A DNA stretch of 64,000 nucleotides from Eledone cirrhosa (GCA_964016885.1 OZ024743.1:213156001-213220000); one strand, 5' to 3'; shown: positions 10,282 through 23,509, counted from the first letter of the stretch. Numbers and translations are program-made. Notes: generated from the letters alone by a model not told the origin.

Positions 10282-11032
10282 TCTCCTTATATATATAACC
10301 AGCAATTTCTCTGTCTGTCTGTCCGACAGTGGAAACACGTACGTAGAGAGAGAGTGAGAGTGAAAGAAGGAGACAGACTACGAGAGGGGGATAGCGGGAG
10401 AGAGTGAGGGAGACAGAGAGAGAGAGTGAATAGACGCTAAAACACGTGCTATAGAAACATTACCTTCCTCTCTCCACTGACTTTGGTCACTGAGGCCCAG
10501 GGAATCGCTGGTTGCTATAGAGACACCTTGCACAAGCCAGAAGTAACCAGTTCGAGGTAGTTCTGACTTGACACCATGCGAAGAAGGTTACCATTGAATT
10601 TGTGGTTTGAAGAAGGTTGCCATTGAATTTGTGGTTGTTGCTGCTGATAATAAGGACCATTTGAAGAAGATTGCTGCTGATGAGGTAATTTATTAATCAG
10701 ATTGCGCAGTTCCATAAACTACGTTTGATTTGTTCAATTTTTTCTTCAATTTTTGTTGTTGTTTTTTTTAATTTCTTATTGAAAAAATTTAAATAATAAA
10801 ATAAGGTTAGAAATTTAAATACGATTTAATTTCCATTTCCAGCAGCCAATGTCCAGTGTTCAATTTCATGAAAAAATTGGAAATAATTCAAAAAATTGAA
10901 GTTTAACTTTTAAACATTTGTTTTGACAATAAAAAAATATTTCCTTATTCACACCTAACGGTATGATTAAAATTTCAGTATATACACTAGATTTGCTAGC
11001 AGAAAACCGCCCACCGGGTGGTTTTCTGCTAG
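10282..11032 (+). mobile_element. Non-autonomous Helitron/HINE-like element
   Basis: A|TC 5' end, (CTGT)n near the 5' end, and a 3' 17-bp hairpin CTAGCAGAAAACCGCCC-ACC-GGGTGGTTTTCTGCTAG ending CTAG|T. Confidence 0.6.
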
Positions 11033-11158
11033 TCAGAGTTATACTCTCGCGTTACCTGCAGAATTGCAAGTGATTGAATCGCTCAGCAAATACACAGCGA
11101 AATGTATATTTGTCTTTGAAGAGGGGTGGATGGATACATAACGCAATATATTTGCTTC

Positions 11159-11199
<41 letters not shown>

Positions 11200-11315
11200 T
11201 ACATGTATAATTACGTACTATATGTATGTATATATATATATACACACACACACACATACATACATACATACATACATATATATTTTTTCTTCCTCATAAT
11301 CGTCTCTTTCTCCCT

Positions 11316-14145
11316 GTGGTGGGTATCTCTAAAGAGAGAGATTAGAGTAGTCTCGATAGAATTTAGTAAGGTTCTAGCTGCGGATAGGAATAGGAAGGAA
11401 AGGGAGCTAATAGATAGAGTAGAAGCGGCGACGTGGCCAGAGTGCTAGCATCGAGAACGGCGTTGAGCCAGTTTTTCGACGCGAAGCACGAAGGCTGCGT
11501 TGTCCGAAGTAAAATACGTGCTCTAGGGAGCGAGGGGACCAAAGCTGTTAGCTGTGCCCGCGTGACAGAGGCCAAGAGTGGAACTAAATCCACCATCCGG
11601 TCTTTGCGAGACCAGGATGGACGGGCGATCCTTGAGCCTAAGCAGATGTGTGAGGCCTTTCAAAGGCACTTTGCCCGACTGTTCGGAAGGGGTGGGGAGC
11701 CGGTTGGGGATGTGGACTTCGGTCCATACCTCGACGGCCTGCCGCGTCTCTCGGACAGGGAGGCGAAGTCCCGCGAGGAGCCGATTTCGGCCGCTGAGAT
11801 AGAGGACGTGCTGAGCCAATGCGGCAAACGCAAATCCCTGGGTCTCGATGGTCTTCCATACGAATTATATCTAGCTATGCCGGACTTGTTCCCCGATCTC
11901 CTCGAGGCGGTCTACTGCAACTGGCAACAGAACGGGAGAATTCCCTGTGCTGTGACCAAGGGCGTAGTCACGCTAGTGAGGAAGGACGAGAACAAGGGAG
12001 ACGAAATAAGTAACTTCAGGCCCATAACTCTGCTAAATACAGAGTTACAGATTTTGGCCAAGGTGTTAGCAAAGAGGTTGGCGTTTGTCGTGGGCAACCT
12101 GGTGGGAGATGCGCAGACATGTGCTATCCCGTCCAGGTCCATCCATAACAACCTCCACCTCATGCGATACATCATAGAGAGGGTTGGGAACGAACCCGGC
12201 TTTGGTGGGGCTCTGATCAACTTGGATCAATCTAAGGCGTTCGATAGGGTCGACCATGGTTACCTGGATGCGGTGCTGGCGGCGGCAGGCTTCGGACCCG
12301 TTTTCAGAGGCTGGATCACTCCTATGCACAGCAACCGCATCTGCTCTAGGGTCAAGGTGAACGGCTACCTCTCGGAGCCGTTCAAAATCGCGCGGTCCAT
12401 CCGACAAGGGTGCCCTCTCTCCTCCCTTCTGTATGTGTTGACTCTCGAGCCACTACTGTGGAAGTTGGAGTTGTTGCAGGGCATCCCTTTGGAACCGGAA
12501 TTGCGCAAAGCGGTGTCGGCCTACGCCGATGACGTGACAGTAATAGTGTCGACGGCCTCCGAAATCGGAGCGATCGGCACCTTACTGGAAGAGTACGAAA
12601 GGTTCACAGGGGCTAAGCTGAACCGGGACAAGTCGATCGGTTTGCAACCGATGCCCTCCGATGGCGTCGTCGGACGCTGGACGGAGGGCCCGGTGAAGTT
12701 GCTCGGGGTCTGGTTCGGACCAGACCTCCAGGTGGAGAAAACTGGGCGGAGGTTACGAACAGGGTGTTTGCACTGACCCAGAAGTGGGCCAGTTGCAAAC
12801 TATCCCTGAAAGGTCGGGCGGAGGTGGCGAACACCTATATAGCGTCCGTCATCTACTACCGCCTGACCGTTGTGCCCTGCCCAAGGGAAACCCTCGCCAA
12901 GATGGAGCGCGCGCTCTTCCAATTCCTTTGGAAGAGGCGGGCTCCCTTGGTGAGGAGATCCATCTGCTGTCAACACCCTTCGAAAGGAGGGCTGGGGATG
13001 CCGTGGCTAATTTTGCGTAAACACGCATTAAGGCTACGGCACCTCCACGTATTCCTCACCGGTCAACCGGTGTGGCCTCTTTTGTGAGACGAACCTTTCC
13101 CAGACTCGTCTCACTCACCGAGCTGCAATCCTGGGTCAAGCAAAGACCGAGAAAACTGGGCGCCTGGCACACTGTGTGTGCCCAGGCGCTCACCGCCCTC
13201 TGGCAGGCGGATCCGGTCATCAGTGGAGACTCCACCGCAACATTCTATAGAGGGCTGGTACGCAGCAGGTGCGACGACGCCCTCGGAGAAGCCCTAGATA
13301 TGGAGGAAGACGAACTGGCCAGCCTGTTCGGTAGGACATTCAGCCCGGGACCTATGGACAATTTCCAGAAGTCCCTGGCCTGGCAGTGCTACCGAGGGGC
13401 TCTACCCGTTCGAGAAAAGCTCTACAGACACAGGCGCCCGGGTAGGGACTCCGCCAAAAAGATCTGCCCAGATGCGTGTGCGACGAGGAAACCGTTGCAC
13501 ACGCATTGGTACACTGCTCGGGCGTAGCCGATCTGTGGGGCTATGTCGAACAACTGCTGTCAAGGGTGTGACCGATCCGGTTGACCACCGAGTCTATTGT
13601 AATGATCAAGCCGCCATCCCCTTCAAAAATGAAGGAGAGGCGGTGTTTCTGTGCGTAATAGCCACGGTGAAAGAGGTTGTATGGTGGACGCGTCTGAAAG
13701 GACTGAGGTCAGGCACCTTTCTCTCTGGCCAACAACTGGTCCGTTTCTTCCGATATCATTTCGGAAGAAGGATCAGGATGGAGAGAGGGGTGCTCCACCC
13801 CAGTCGTTTTTATGAAAGGTGGGTGAAAGTGGCGAGAATGGCCCGTGTGAATGGGCCTTCTCTTTACATAAGCCTGTAGGTGGAGAAGAGGAAGGAACGA
13901 GGGAGCACCCCCTCTCTGTGCTCCTGAGGAGAAGGGTTGCACACTTTTTTCGGGGGTGTTTGCGACCCCCCAAGGCGCCTCCTCTCTATTGAGGATTTTG
14001 TTATAAATTTTATTTGTTGTTATATTTTATTTTATTTTTATATTTTGTTATTGCCTCCTCCTTATTGAGGACGCCTTGTTTTGTAAATTCCCCCTCATTG
14101 TACTTGTCCCACTTTTTGATGCCCTGGTGGCAAATAAAAAGAAAC

Positions 14146-14146
<1 letters not shown>
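11316..14146 (+). pseudogene. 5'-truncated, frameshifted copy of the L1/Tx1 element (partial ORF2 + 3'UTR)
   Basis: Highly similar to 6252-9117. Small deletions and frameshifts split ORF2 into 11433-12776, 12764-13087, 13072-13527 and 13472-13879. The tail runs into (TA)n. Confidence 0.92.
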
Positions 14147-14177
<31 letters not shown>

Positions 14178-14229
14178 AAGTATGTATGTGTGTGTAAGAG
14201 TGAGAAATGAAGTTTCATTTCATTCTTAT

Positions 14230-14269
<40 letters not shown>

Positions 14270-14390
14270 TTATGGATTGTAACGTCCAGTTACTGTAGGT
14301 TCACCAGAGTGAACACTCGATGCGTAATTTCCAGTAAGTATAGGTGTGTAGTACTAAGTAGAGTGTAATACTGATAATAATAATAAAACG

Positions 14391-14565
14391 ATTTGTTATC
14401 TTCATTACGTTTATTGATTAGTGACGCGCGTTTCGCTATTGATCAGTTCAAGGTTCATTACCACAACAGAAATCCGATGAGCTATTGATTCCAGGTCGAA
14501 CCTTGAGCTGATTAATAGCGAAACGCGCGTCACTAATCAATAAGCGCAATGAAGACATAACAAAT
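14391..14565. repeat. Fold-back inverted repeat containing an HHR-like motif
   Basis: Arms ~14391-14456 and 14498-14565. Plus strand: CCGATGA, stem II GCTATTGAT/ATTAATAGC, GAAAC-GCGC-GTC. Stem I is poor. Confidence 0.7.
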
Positions 14566-14573
14566 TGTCCTTT

Positions 14574-14781
14574 GGATTGGCAGTATCGATAGATGGTCTG
14601 ACGCCATGCCTTGCAGCATAGAGTTACGGCTCTTTATGATCTGAGCACAAATCCCGCCGAGGTTAACTTTGCCTTTCATCCTTATGGGGTCGATAAAATA
14701 AAGTACCAGTCACGCACTGGGGTCGATTTAATCGACTTTCCCCTCCCCCCAAATTACTGGCCTTGTGCCTATATAAGAAAC

Positions 14782-14785
<4 letters not shown>
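14574..14785 (+). mobile_element. Meta-like tRNA SINE with (TTA)n tail
   Basis: Same family as 1788-1972. Confidence 0.8.
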
Positions 14786-14830
<45 letters not shown>

Positions 14831-15264
14831 TATAAATATATATATATATGTATATAAACAAACATTGGCTTAAAGAGCGTTGGAAAAAAATTGAAATTTG
14901 AAATGTCGTCGCTCCAATGCAGAAATATAATAAAAGTTGATCGTTTAAATAATAGCTGAGAAAATCGAGTAAAATACACCTGGAGACAGAAAAAACTAGA
15001 CAGAGGCGCTTCTGTTTGTTTTTATTTGTCTCCAGGCGTATTTTACTCACTTTTCACAACTATTATTATAGACATTTCCTTTCTCTGTTGTTACGACATT
15101 ATTTCAACAATTATTTCATATACATACATACATCATACACAAAACGCCAGCACCAACAGTTTTGCAAGAGATGTCAACATGAATGCACTTGTTATTTTTA
15201 TCTAAAGACATTTTTTCCTATTCCATCCCACCCGTCCTCTCAATCTATTTTATTTCTCATTCTT

Positions 15265-15300
15265 TCTTCTGATGAAGGACTAGCATCCGAAACGTTAAGA
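15265..15300 (+). ncRNA. Minimal type I hammerhead ribozyme (PLE type)
   Basis: TCTT-CTGATGA-A-GGA(ctagca)TCC-GAAAC-GTT-AAGA. Stem I TCTT/AAGA; palindromic stem III AACGTT. Confidence 0.65.
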
Positions 15301-15707
15301 CCCTCTTCCTGCTATATCAAGCGTTAACCTAATATATACCTTCCATATACTGTACCGATTGTGTTGTTATTTCTGTTTACCATTTACATACATTATATAT
15401 ATATATAGATAGATAGATAGAGAGAGAGAGATAAAGGGGGAACGAATGAGAGAGTTTGAGAATAGAAACAGAGAGACAGGGTAAGAAAACATATAAAGAG
15501 CTCTACTTTCAGAATCAATAATTCAATGTAGAAGGAGGCATGCAATAAGGAAGACAGCAACAAATATTTCATAGACATAACAAGAATGTTCTTTTTTTCT
15601 CTGTAAGATCTTTAGCAAATGTCTCAACGCATTTATATTATATTTATATTATATTTATAATATATAAATATATAAACAGAGTGAAGGCACATCACTTAGT
15701 GGTTAGA

Positions 15708-15910
15708 GCTGAAAAGTTCCTGGCTTTAGGTAAAAGGAAATACAGGAGGATCAGTTAATTATAATTTTATTCAACATATTCGCCTCTCCGATTCACACAC
15801 TTATTGCAGCGTTCATTCAGGTTTTCTAAGACCTGTAAAAAGAACTCGGAAGGTTGGGTCTCCAACCAGGCCTCTGTATCCTCTTAAAGTCAGGAAGTTT
15901 TCAGCTCGCC
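15708..15910. mobile_element. Decayed mariner-type MITE (second family)
   Basis: GCTGAAAAGTTCCTGGCTTT ... AAAGTCAGGAAGTTTTCAGC inverted ends. Confidence 0.5.
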
Positions 15911-16112
15911 AACATATATACATAATCGAATTTTTATGGAGTGACGCCGTCCGGTATACGGCAGGCGTGAGATTGAGTCCCACACACTTGTTCGACTATT
16001 TTTCATAGTAAAAAATTATAGGTTAAAACAGTTAACTTTAAGCTGAAATACATTCCACAGAGAGAGAGAGAGAGAAAGAGGGAGAGAGAAAGAGACGTAT
16101 ATATATACACAA

Positions 16113-16176
<64 letters not shown>

Positions 16177-16813
16177 ACTAGAAATAGATTGACATATATA
16201 TATATATATATATATATAAAATAAACATATGAAACAATCACAGGGAATAATTTGTAAAGTGTGTAAGCACACATACCTATGTAGGTAACTAATTAAAGTT
16301 TAACTAGAACTTCAAATATAGATACCTTTTAAAATGATTAATCTCCTTTGTATATATTTCTTTAAATAAAAAATATATTTCACCAATTAATCGGTAAATC
16401 ACAGTAGTCAAATCTCGGATGGTCACCAAAGGAGAAGATCCAACCATCTGTGTTTACACAGCAAATGCAAATCTGTGAATGACTCGTACCACGTGTTGCA
16501 CTTCTTAAAAAATACACACATCGCACAGCGTCATCCCAGTGGCGTGAATAGGATTATCGACAGCTAGAAATAGCAACCGAGTATATATATATATATATAT
16601 ATATATGTGAGAAAAACCACAGACCCTCCACCTCAACTCTACTTTTAAAAAGCAGAAGAACTGCGAAACCGGTAAAGGAACCAAATAAATATATATATTT
16701 AAAAAGAAAAAAAATAAGACTCCAGTTGCATTTTCGATTTCATCTTTTTTTCTTTATACTTTCACTCGTGTAGGACACCTCGGTTATTTTTCATTTTGTA
16801 AAAAAAACCTGAC

Positions 16814-16892
<79 letters not shown>

Positions 16893-17466
16893 ATTAACAT
16901 ACTGCAATATAATCTTTTCTTTAATTAAGGTGAAGTCATGCTGCTATATTAAGGGATCCAGTCACCGATTTGAAAATTTAGTAGTAAGGTCGATTTTCGG
17001 AAATCCCTCATAGGACTGTTGACTGGTGGCAATTCGCTTGTCTGAAATTTATTATTAATTAATAACCAGGGGATTTCCCACGGAATTAGAAACAGTATTG
17101 TACCAGTCGATAAAGTAAGTAAACTGTTTTCATAGCTTAGGCTTCTGGCTGGGAATGTTGTATTACAATGGATCCTATGCGTGTGCTCCAAAGGAATTTG
17201 TTGAGCAAATTATGAACAACGAGATCGAAATCACAGGATATCGGTCTAAACCCTTATTATTACTAATGTTTTTCTTCATGTTAGCCCTTGTGGCCAATAA
17301 AGACACCATTATTATTAAAATAAATAAATAAATAAAAAGAATAAAGAAAGCATTATTATTATTACTATTATTATTATTATTATTATTATAGATACATATA
17401 TACACACACAACCCCCCACACATATACACACACATATATATATAATTGTAGGTAAGAGTATGTATG

Positions 17467-17586
<120 letters not shown>

Positions 17587-17965
17587 CTTGTGTGTCAGTG
17601 CCAATATACTTATACATGAAGGAGGTATATGTGTGTGTGTGTTTGTTTACCTACCATGTTTGTCTTTAATAGCGTTAAGTGCAGTATCATGTTTTAGAGG
17701 AGAAATCATTGCATTGACAATCATGAATAGAAATGAAATTGATCTCTCACCTATCGCACCTCATACAAAGCCACCCACACAGCCCCACCACTAATGCAAC
17801 TATCATCATCACTACAACTACCACAAACATAACCATCACCACCACCAATATTAAGAGTGGAAAATAGTGGTTATACATAATACACAGACATATATATGTG
17901 TGTATTATTATATATGTATATGTATATATATATATATACATATATATAAATATATATATATATAC

Positions 17966-18034
<69 letters not shown>

Positions 18035-18129
18035 TGCAAACAGGCACACACACATATATCTGACAGTATGACTGTTCGTCAGAATAAGAGGAAAAAGCTC
18101 CATAAAGGTTGAGGAAATCAAATTTATTG

Positions 18130-18205
18130 ATATCTGTGTTGACAAACGTACGGTTTGTTTCGCTCGATTGACCGATACAAACCATACATTTGTCAACACT
18201 GATAT
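18130..18205. repeat. Inverted repeat carrying the 3' half of an HHR
   Basis: The left arm read on the minus strand gives GAAAC-AAAC-cgtac-GTTT-GTC (stem III + GUC). The right arm is its diverged inverse. Confidence 0.6.
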
Positions 18206-18395
18206 AAAGAAATATATTTATGTTGTGGTGCACAATCCGAGGTTGATGGTTGCGTTGGCTTTGTGTATGTTTGGTGTATACCGAGGTCATGTGACACGGT
18301 GGAGCGGGGACATTAAAGAGGAAGGAGACAGGACAAAAAGTAACCCAGGTTGGAGAACTGAAGTAGGATTGTTTTGAATATCTGAGGCTTGCAGC

Positions 18396-18426
<31 letters not shown>

Positions 18427-18574
18427 CGTTCCATGCGATTCTCCGGTTTGAAACTCTGACTAGCAATAGCTATCTTCAGTCACCACACAATGGCTATATA
18501 ATGACAGCACCTTATAGAGACTTAGTCTATCTTTTTGTGGAGGTATATGGGATAGTTGTAAGGGTGTTGGACCT

Positions 18575-18672
18575 ACGATAATGTCGTTGGTTTGATTCCT
18601 TTGTGTGTTGTGTTCTTGAGCAAAACACATTATTTCATGTTCCTCCAGTATACTCACCTAAAAATGAGTACT
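18575..18672 (+). mobile_element. Decayed CORE-type SINE fragment
   Basis: GGTTTGATTCC...TGTTCTTGAGCAAAACACATTATTTCA. Confidence 0.45.
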
Positions 18673-18684
18673 GGCAATAGCTGA

Positions 18685-19395
18685 AGACAATAGCCATGGC
18701 CTTCTGTCTTGAACGCACCGATTTTGCCTTGACTGGCCCACTTCTACTCTTGGGCAGCCACTGCTTCGATTGAGTTTTGTCCTCGAGATCGTACTGGTAG
18801 AGCCACGTTTCATTCTCTACAGAAAAACTTCAGGGTCTTCGTGTAACTTGTTCAAATTTCCACCGACAAATCTGCCCTTGCTTGCTGCTGATCTGTACTC
18901 ATCAGATTTGAGAACCATCGAGCGGAAAGCTTGCTCAGCCTCAAGCTCTCCAACAGAATTGCGCGTGCAGAACCCACGGACATGTTGAGTGTGTCGGCTA
19001 CTGATTCAGTGGCTATTCACCTATCCATTCACCTATCCTTTCCACACAAACTGACGTGGATGGCCTGCCACTGCGGGTAATATCTTCAACCTCAACTCTT
19101 CCACTTCTAAAACGACTTATCCATATGTAGGTTGTTGATTTCTTTGGGGCATTGTCCCCATAAATTTGTTCCAGAGCGTCAAGGATTAGGCTGCATGAAT
19201 TTGATGATTGTCCTGGCCTCAATTTTGATGGGCGTCATGTTGCTCGAGGGGGTTCTGACTTCCGACTGGCGGCGCGCGTTGCAGCCTGCATTAGAACATG
19301 TTTACTAATCAGAAAAGTTGAAATCAATGAATGCAAGATCTCACAGCACCCGCATCACTTCTTCATAGTTAGCCTATGAGCGTTTCAGCCTACCC
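18685..19395 (-). pseudogene. Mariner transposase 5' half with left TIR (decayed)
   Basis: The minus strand encodes LEQIYGDNAPKKSTTYIWISRFRSGRVEVEDITRSGRPST (HTH region) and ETWLYQYDLEDKTQSKQWLPK. The TIR GGCTGAAACGCTCATAGGCT matches the MITE family. Confidence 0.75.
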
Positions 19396-19400
19396 CCATA

Positions 19401-19437
<37 letters not shown>

Positions 19438-19464
19438 TATATATATAAGGCGTAAAGGGGCAAA

Positions 19465-19799
19465 GCCCCCTTTCGGTTACGAATGACCATGGGATTTGCA
19501 CCTAGAAAGTTCCTCTCCAAGGTACAAATCCGGGCAAGGTTTTTTGTGGAAGACCATCAGTTGCCCTTGCATACCAGTCTCCCATCTCCACGCCACCAAT
19601 GTTGTCCAAAGGAAAGGCAAAAGCTGATACAGCTTGGCATCAGTGACGTCGCAACTCATTTCTACAGCTGAGCAAAATGGAATAACGTGAAATAAAGTGT
19701 CTTGCTCAAGAACACAACGCAAAGCCCGGTCTGAGAATCGAACTCACAACCTCACGATTATAAGCCCGACGCTCTAACCACTAAGCCACGCGCCTTCAC
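19465..19799 (-). mobile_element. Full-length tRNA-derived CORE-type SINE
   Basis: tRNA head GTGAAGGCGCGTGGCTTAGTGGTTAGAGCG...GAGTTCGATTC, core TCTTGAGCAAGACACTTTATTTCAC, 3' stem-loop TTCG-TAAC-CGAA. Confidence 0.8.
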
Positions 19800-20108
19800 A
19801 TAAATACTTATATACATATGCATACACGTATACATATAATGCAGTGACAGTGTATATCCTTATAGGTAGATTGTACTTTCTGAGCAAAGTGTGAATAATG
19901 TATTTGAATATATTTAAAATTTACATAGCTTGCAAAAGTTAATAAACACATTTTCAAAAGGTGTATTTTGTTATCGTTATCTATTGTAGACGCTTGGAGG
20001 CCTCCCTATTTTCTCTCTTTGTAGTCTTTTTATTTATCACTTTTCTCCTTGAGAACTTACGAATAATCTTGAACGACACCAAAACATATATAATGAGATA
20101 CGATATGA

Positions 20109-20166
<58 letters not shown>

Positions 20167-20200
20167 CCTCTCAGCTCACTATATATAAATATATATAAAT

Positions 20201-20336
<136 letters not shown>

Positions 20337-21399
20337 ATATATAAATGTATATATATGTGTGTGTTGTGCGTGTATACGTGTGTGTGTTGTGTGTGTGCTG
20401 CATGTGTGGCGGAAAGTATTTAAGTATACATGAACATGCCAGTTTCTTGCAGTCGTACATTCTCTCCACGATATACCTAAAAGCGTATTGCTGTTTATAA
20501 TTCACTTGGTGGCATGTGAAGAGCAAATCTAATATAGAGTTATGTCACACACTGAAACTTTGTATTATTCCAGTCAGTGAAAAGTTTTTCTAGCATCACC
20601 ACTGTGCATGCGTCGTGGAAATCAATTTCAGGAGAAACATTTAGAATTTCTCAACAAGTAATATTGCATTAACACCGACAAATATTTCATCACTTCGCTG
20701 TGTATGCATGTATGTGTACTTGTCAACGCATGTACGTATGTATATATGGATGTACACATTATATATGCACCACACTCATTCACTCTCTCTCTCTTTCTCT
20801 CAATCTCTCTCTCTTTCTCTCTCTCTCTCTTTCACACACACATATGTATATATATTCAAAGATAAACATTCTGGATACATTTCTTTTACCCAATCGGTGA
20901 TCATTGGTCTTACGCCATTTTCTTGCTTATTTAAAAGGACTTTGTATTGTTCTTTGCCTCTAGTTGCTTTAAAATGAATATTGTTCATCACATGTATATG
21001 GAAATGTTGAGATTTAAATACAGAAATACCAACCTAAACCAAAGGTAAATGAAACATCGTTTAAAAGGAAATCATGTTATGTATTTTATAATATTTCAGA
21101 ACATACTAGTATTTTAGGAGAATTATCGTTTTGCTTTGATTACTACAATGTTTCTTCATATCATAGTCATAAGATTTTTCAGCCTCTCAGGATTTATTCT
21201 AAACCACACCTCAATTAATCTTCAATTAATTTAGTTCTTGTGCTTGGTTTTGAAACCAACATTAGTCTCTTCGGTCCATAAATATTCTATCGGTTACGTT
21301 GCAGGTTGTTGCTTGGCTACACATTTTATGCTCTTTCAACAATTTCGTACTGGACAATGCTGTAAGAAATAGCTTCACCTGAAAATTTCTAATCATAAA

Positions 21400-21563
21400 C
21401 TGTTATTCGACTCCCTGCTCACTGCTATTGGAGCGGAATTGGCTTCCCGCAGATGCGAACCCGGCGAGGTGGAGTGGCTGTTCCAGCGAGTCTCCCTCGC
21501 CGTTTTCCGGGGCAATATTTTCTACATTTTGTCGACCGGGACTACGAGGCAGACGACATATTA
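21400..21563 (+). pseudogene. 3' fragment of a CRE-like (restriction-like endonuclease) non-LTR element
   Basis: GC-rich island translating LLTAIGAELASRRCEPGEVEWLFQRVSLAVFRGNIFYILSTG..*, resembling the C-terminal LxQRISxAxxRGN motif of CRE-clade elements. Confidence 0.55.
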
Positions 21564-22046
21564 GGGCAAGAGTAGGGTGGCAGTTTTCAGACTAAAGGGT
21601 TAATAATGCTGACCTGCATACACACTCACCCACGACTCTTAAAACTCAAAACCATTACAGGTGAACTCACATTTAATGTACAATTATGTAGTGTAAAATT
21701 ATACCCTTAGTGTATAATTATGTAGTGTACAGTTAACACGTTAATGTACAATCACGCGAACAATTATGTAGTATACATTTATATTTATGCAGCACTCACT
21801 ATACACGTGTACGTGTATATAAGCATTGTTTTGGTGTTTTTGTGCATACTGAAGTGCTTTAGGAAGGTCTTCCTTATTCCGATGTTTACTCTGTGGAATG
21901 GGAGAGATTATGGTATAGTATATATCTAGAACTAGGTAGAGTATTAACGTTGAGAATGGAATTGTTTTCCAAATCTTAAAAAAATCTTCGTGTCTGTTCT
22001 TTCGTGTCCACAAATGAATATGTCATCAAAGTAACAGTTATACATA

Positions 22047-22244
22047 CGATGGTCGGCTGAAAAGTTCATAGGCTGACTATGAAAGAGTGATGTTAGAGCT
22101 GTGAAATCTTGCATGCATTAATTTCATCTCCTCTTATTAATAACTGCATTTTTTCATTTCCAGGGACTATGTTGAAAAATAAACATCTTTAGTAATTCAA
22201 TGACAGTATCTTGGTCAGCCTATGAACTTTTAAGCCGCCCATCG
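22047..22244. mobile_element. Mariner-derived MITE with TA target-site duplication
   Basis: TA|CGATGGTCGGCTGAAAAGTTCATAGGCTGA ... TCAGCCTATGAACTTTTAAGCCGCCCATCG|TA. Confidence 0.85.
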
Positions 22245-22270
22245 TATGTATGTATGTATGTATGTATGTA

Positions 22271-22471
22271 AGAGGGTCGGCAGAGAAGTTCATAGGCTGA
22301 GAATGGAATGATGCTAGAGATGTGAAATTTTGCATCATTAATTTTAACTCTTCTCATTAATAACTGTATTCTTTATTTCCAGGGACTATGTTGAAAAATA
22401 AACCTCATTCAATGAGAGTATCTTGGCAGCCTATAAACCTTTCAGCCTATGAATGTTTCGGTCGACTCTCG
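22271..22471. mobile_element. Mariner-derived MITE, tandem neighbour separated by (TATG)n
   Basis: Same TIR and body as the preceding copy. Confidence 0.8.
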
Positions 22472-23388
22472 TATGATGTGGTTGCTTTTAACCAATAACT
22501 TTGTTTTCAACGCTAGCCATGTAGAACTCCTCAAATATAGGACCAAAGAAGCAGTAACCACTCCCTCCTTGTATGTGAGCAACACAAGTGTATCTTGGTT
22601 ATACAGGTAAATAGAAACATTTCAGCTAAGTATTTTGGTTCACTGGATGCTTTTATTGAAATATTGGATAATATTATCCGTATAATTTCTATTGCAGGGG
22701 CATTAGAAGCTTTTCATGTTCATATTAGAAAAATCGCTAAATTTATCAGTTTCTTGTAAAATTCTATAAACAGTCGTTTTAGAAACTTAATCCGAAATGG
22801 TTGGCTAATGCCTATAGCTTGTGTATAAAATATCTCTAGATTGATAAGGATGATGAGGCGTGATATTTAAAGAGAAAATTAATGCCTGCAGGAAAGAAGT
22901 GGATATATACGAGCCAACGAGCGAGTTTCGGTGAGGTCACTCGACCTGCTAAAAATATCAGCCAAATCTTTTTTAAAATCATACTTTATTATCTTAATTA
23001 TGGAAAAAGCACATTGAATAATGTAATCATATGTTGTTGGGTTTGTGGTTTTAGTGTGTTGGTGAGTAAATAAAGGTTTCCCAAATAGAAAGCAAGAAAT
23101 TTTTCATTGTTGAAAGAATAATTGGTTAACAAAGTAAAGGCCAAGCATTATGAGGTATTTTTGGTTAATTCAATTAATTACTAGATCAGTTATTAAACTA
23201 ATTTCTCTCAGAATATCATTCTGACAACCAAGCATAGATTCCCTCGTTACTGCCTGTTTGTCGCGCTGTATATATATATCTTTTATCTCTATCTTTATCA
23301 TTCTGTTTCTTACACACACACACACACACACACGCGCACACACACACGCACACACACGCGCACACACACACACGCGCGCGCGCGCGCG

Positions 23389-23509
<121 letters not shown>

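Noticed and set aside
19720-19799. tRNA gene
   Set aside because: A and B boxes are present but continue into a SINE core and tail in many diverged copies; it is a SINE head.
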